In this document: positions 63,246-64,000 of the stretch, in pieces
Layout of the letters: each line of letters opens with the position of its first letter
Numbering within the stretch: the first letter of the stretch is position 1
Assembly (NCBI RefSeq): GCF_006345805.1
Contig: NC_043021.1
Coordinates: forward strand, 20,212,001-20,276,000
Origin: Octopus sinensis
Lineage: Eukaryota
Direction of reading: 5' to 3'
DNA: 64,000 nt
The notes under the pieces: model-generated
Seen by the model: the letters and a program-made list of their open reading frames with translations, nothing else
Told to the model about the DNA's origin: nothing
Databases searched by the model: none
Translations under genes and position numbers: made by a program

Positions 63246-64000
63246 GTGTGTGTTTGTGTGTCTGTGTTTGTCCCCTAGCATTGCTTGACAACCGATGCTG
63301 GTGTGTTTACGTCCCCGTCACTTAGCGGTTCGGCAAAAGAGATCGAGAGAATAAGTACTGAGCTTACAAAGAATAAGTCCCGGGGTCGATTTGCTCGACT
63401 AAAGGCGGTGCTCCAGCATGGCTGCAGTCAAAATGACTGAAACAAGTAAAAGAGAGAGAATTAGCTCATCATTTAGCATCTGCTTTCCATACTGGTATGG
63501 ATGAGATGGTTTGACTGGAACTGGTTAGCTGGGGAGCTGCACCAGGCTCCAAACTGCTAAGTTAAGGGGATATAAACAAACTAACATCAACTGTCAAGTA
63601 GTAGTCACACACACACACACACACAAAGGACTTCTTTCAGTTTTGGTTGGCCTCAGGTGTGCGGGTGTTTCTGTTTGTTTTGAAACATCATCTCAAATCA
63701 GTGTTGGTTTGTTTATGTCTTTATAGCTTAGTGATTCAGTAAAAGAGTAACAATAGAATAAGTACCATATTTAAAAAAATAAGTACTGGGGTTGATTTGT
63801 TAGATTAAAACACTTCAAAGCAGTACCTCAATATGGGCAGTGTCCAATGACTGAAACAAGTAAAACCTAAAAAATAAAGAAAGAAAAAAACAATCCAACT
63901 CACTATTTTCAAGATAGCATGTTAGCACTTATATAAAAATATAGTATAAGTCTGATTATCTATGGTAGAATGTAAAGCTCAGACTCTACAATTAATAATT

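Overview
Repeat-dense animal genomic DNA. The SINE, RTE and microsatellite repertoire points to a coleoid cephalopod, most likely Octopus (inference, not database-checked). Three protein-coding genes are supported. (1) The first coding exon of DNA topoisomerase III alpha (TOP3A, minus strand, 1007-1132), which runs off the left edge. (2) A CCSMST1/UQCC4-family mitochondrial protein on the plus strand: a presequence exon at 14036-14109 is phase-compatible with the main exon at 41205-41595, implying a ~27-kb intron. (3) A complete replacement histone H3.3 gene on the minus strand (43514-43795 + 42795-42923), convergent with UQCC4. Most of the rest is tRNA-derived SINEs, RTE/RTE-X LINE fragments, non-autonomous Helitrons, several MITE families (hAT, mariner, piggyBac-like, a long-TIR fold-back, a telomere-repeat-bearing MITE) and simple repeats; most ORF-track entries are artefacts of these. 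The most notable unannotated signals are: a dispersed set of minimal type I hammerhead ribozyme motifs, one with a perfect catalytic core at 4540-4632 (minus), several of them in short (TA)n-flanked Penelope/retrozyme-like units; a two-uORF plus dual-AUG leader on TOP3A that could set mitochondrial versus nuclear isoform output; a seven-box CCAAT array and possible second promoter upstream of H3.3; and a SINE-head/LINE-tail chimera. All folding and motif calls were made by eye.
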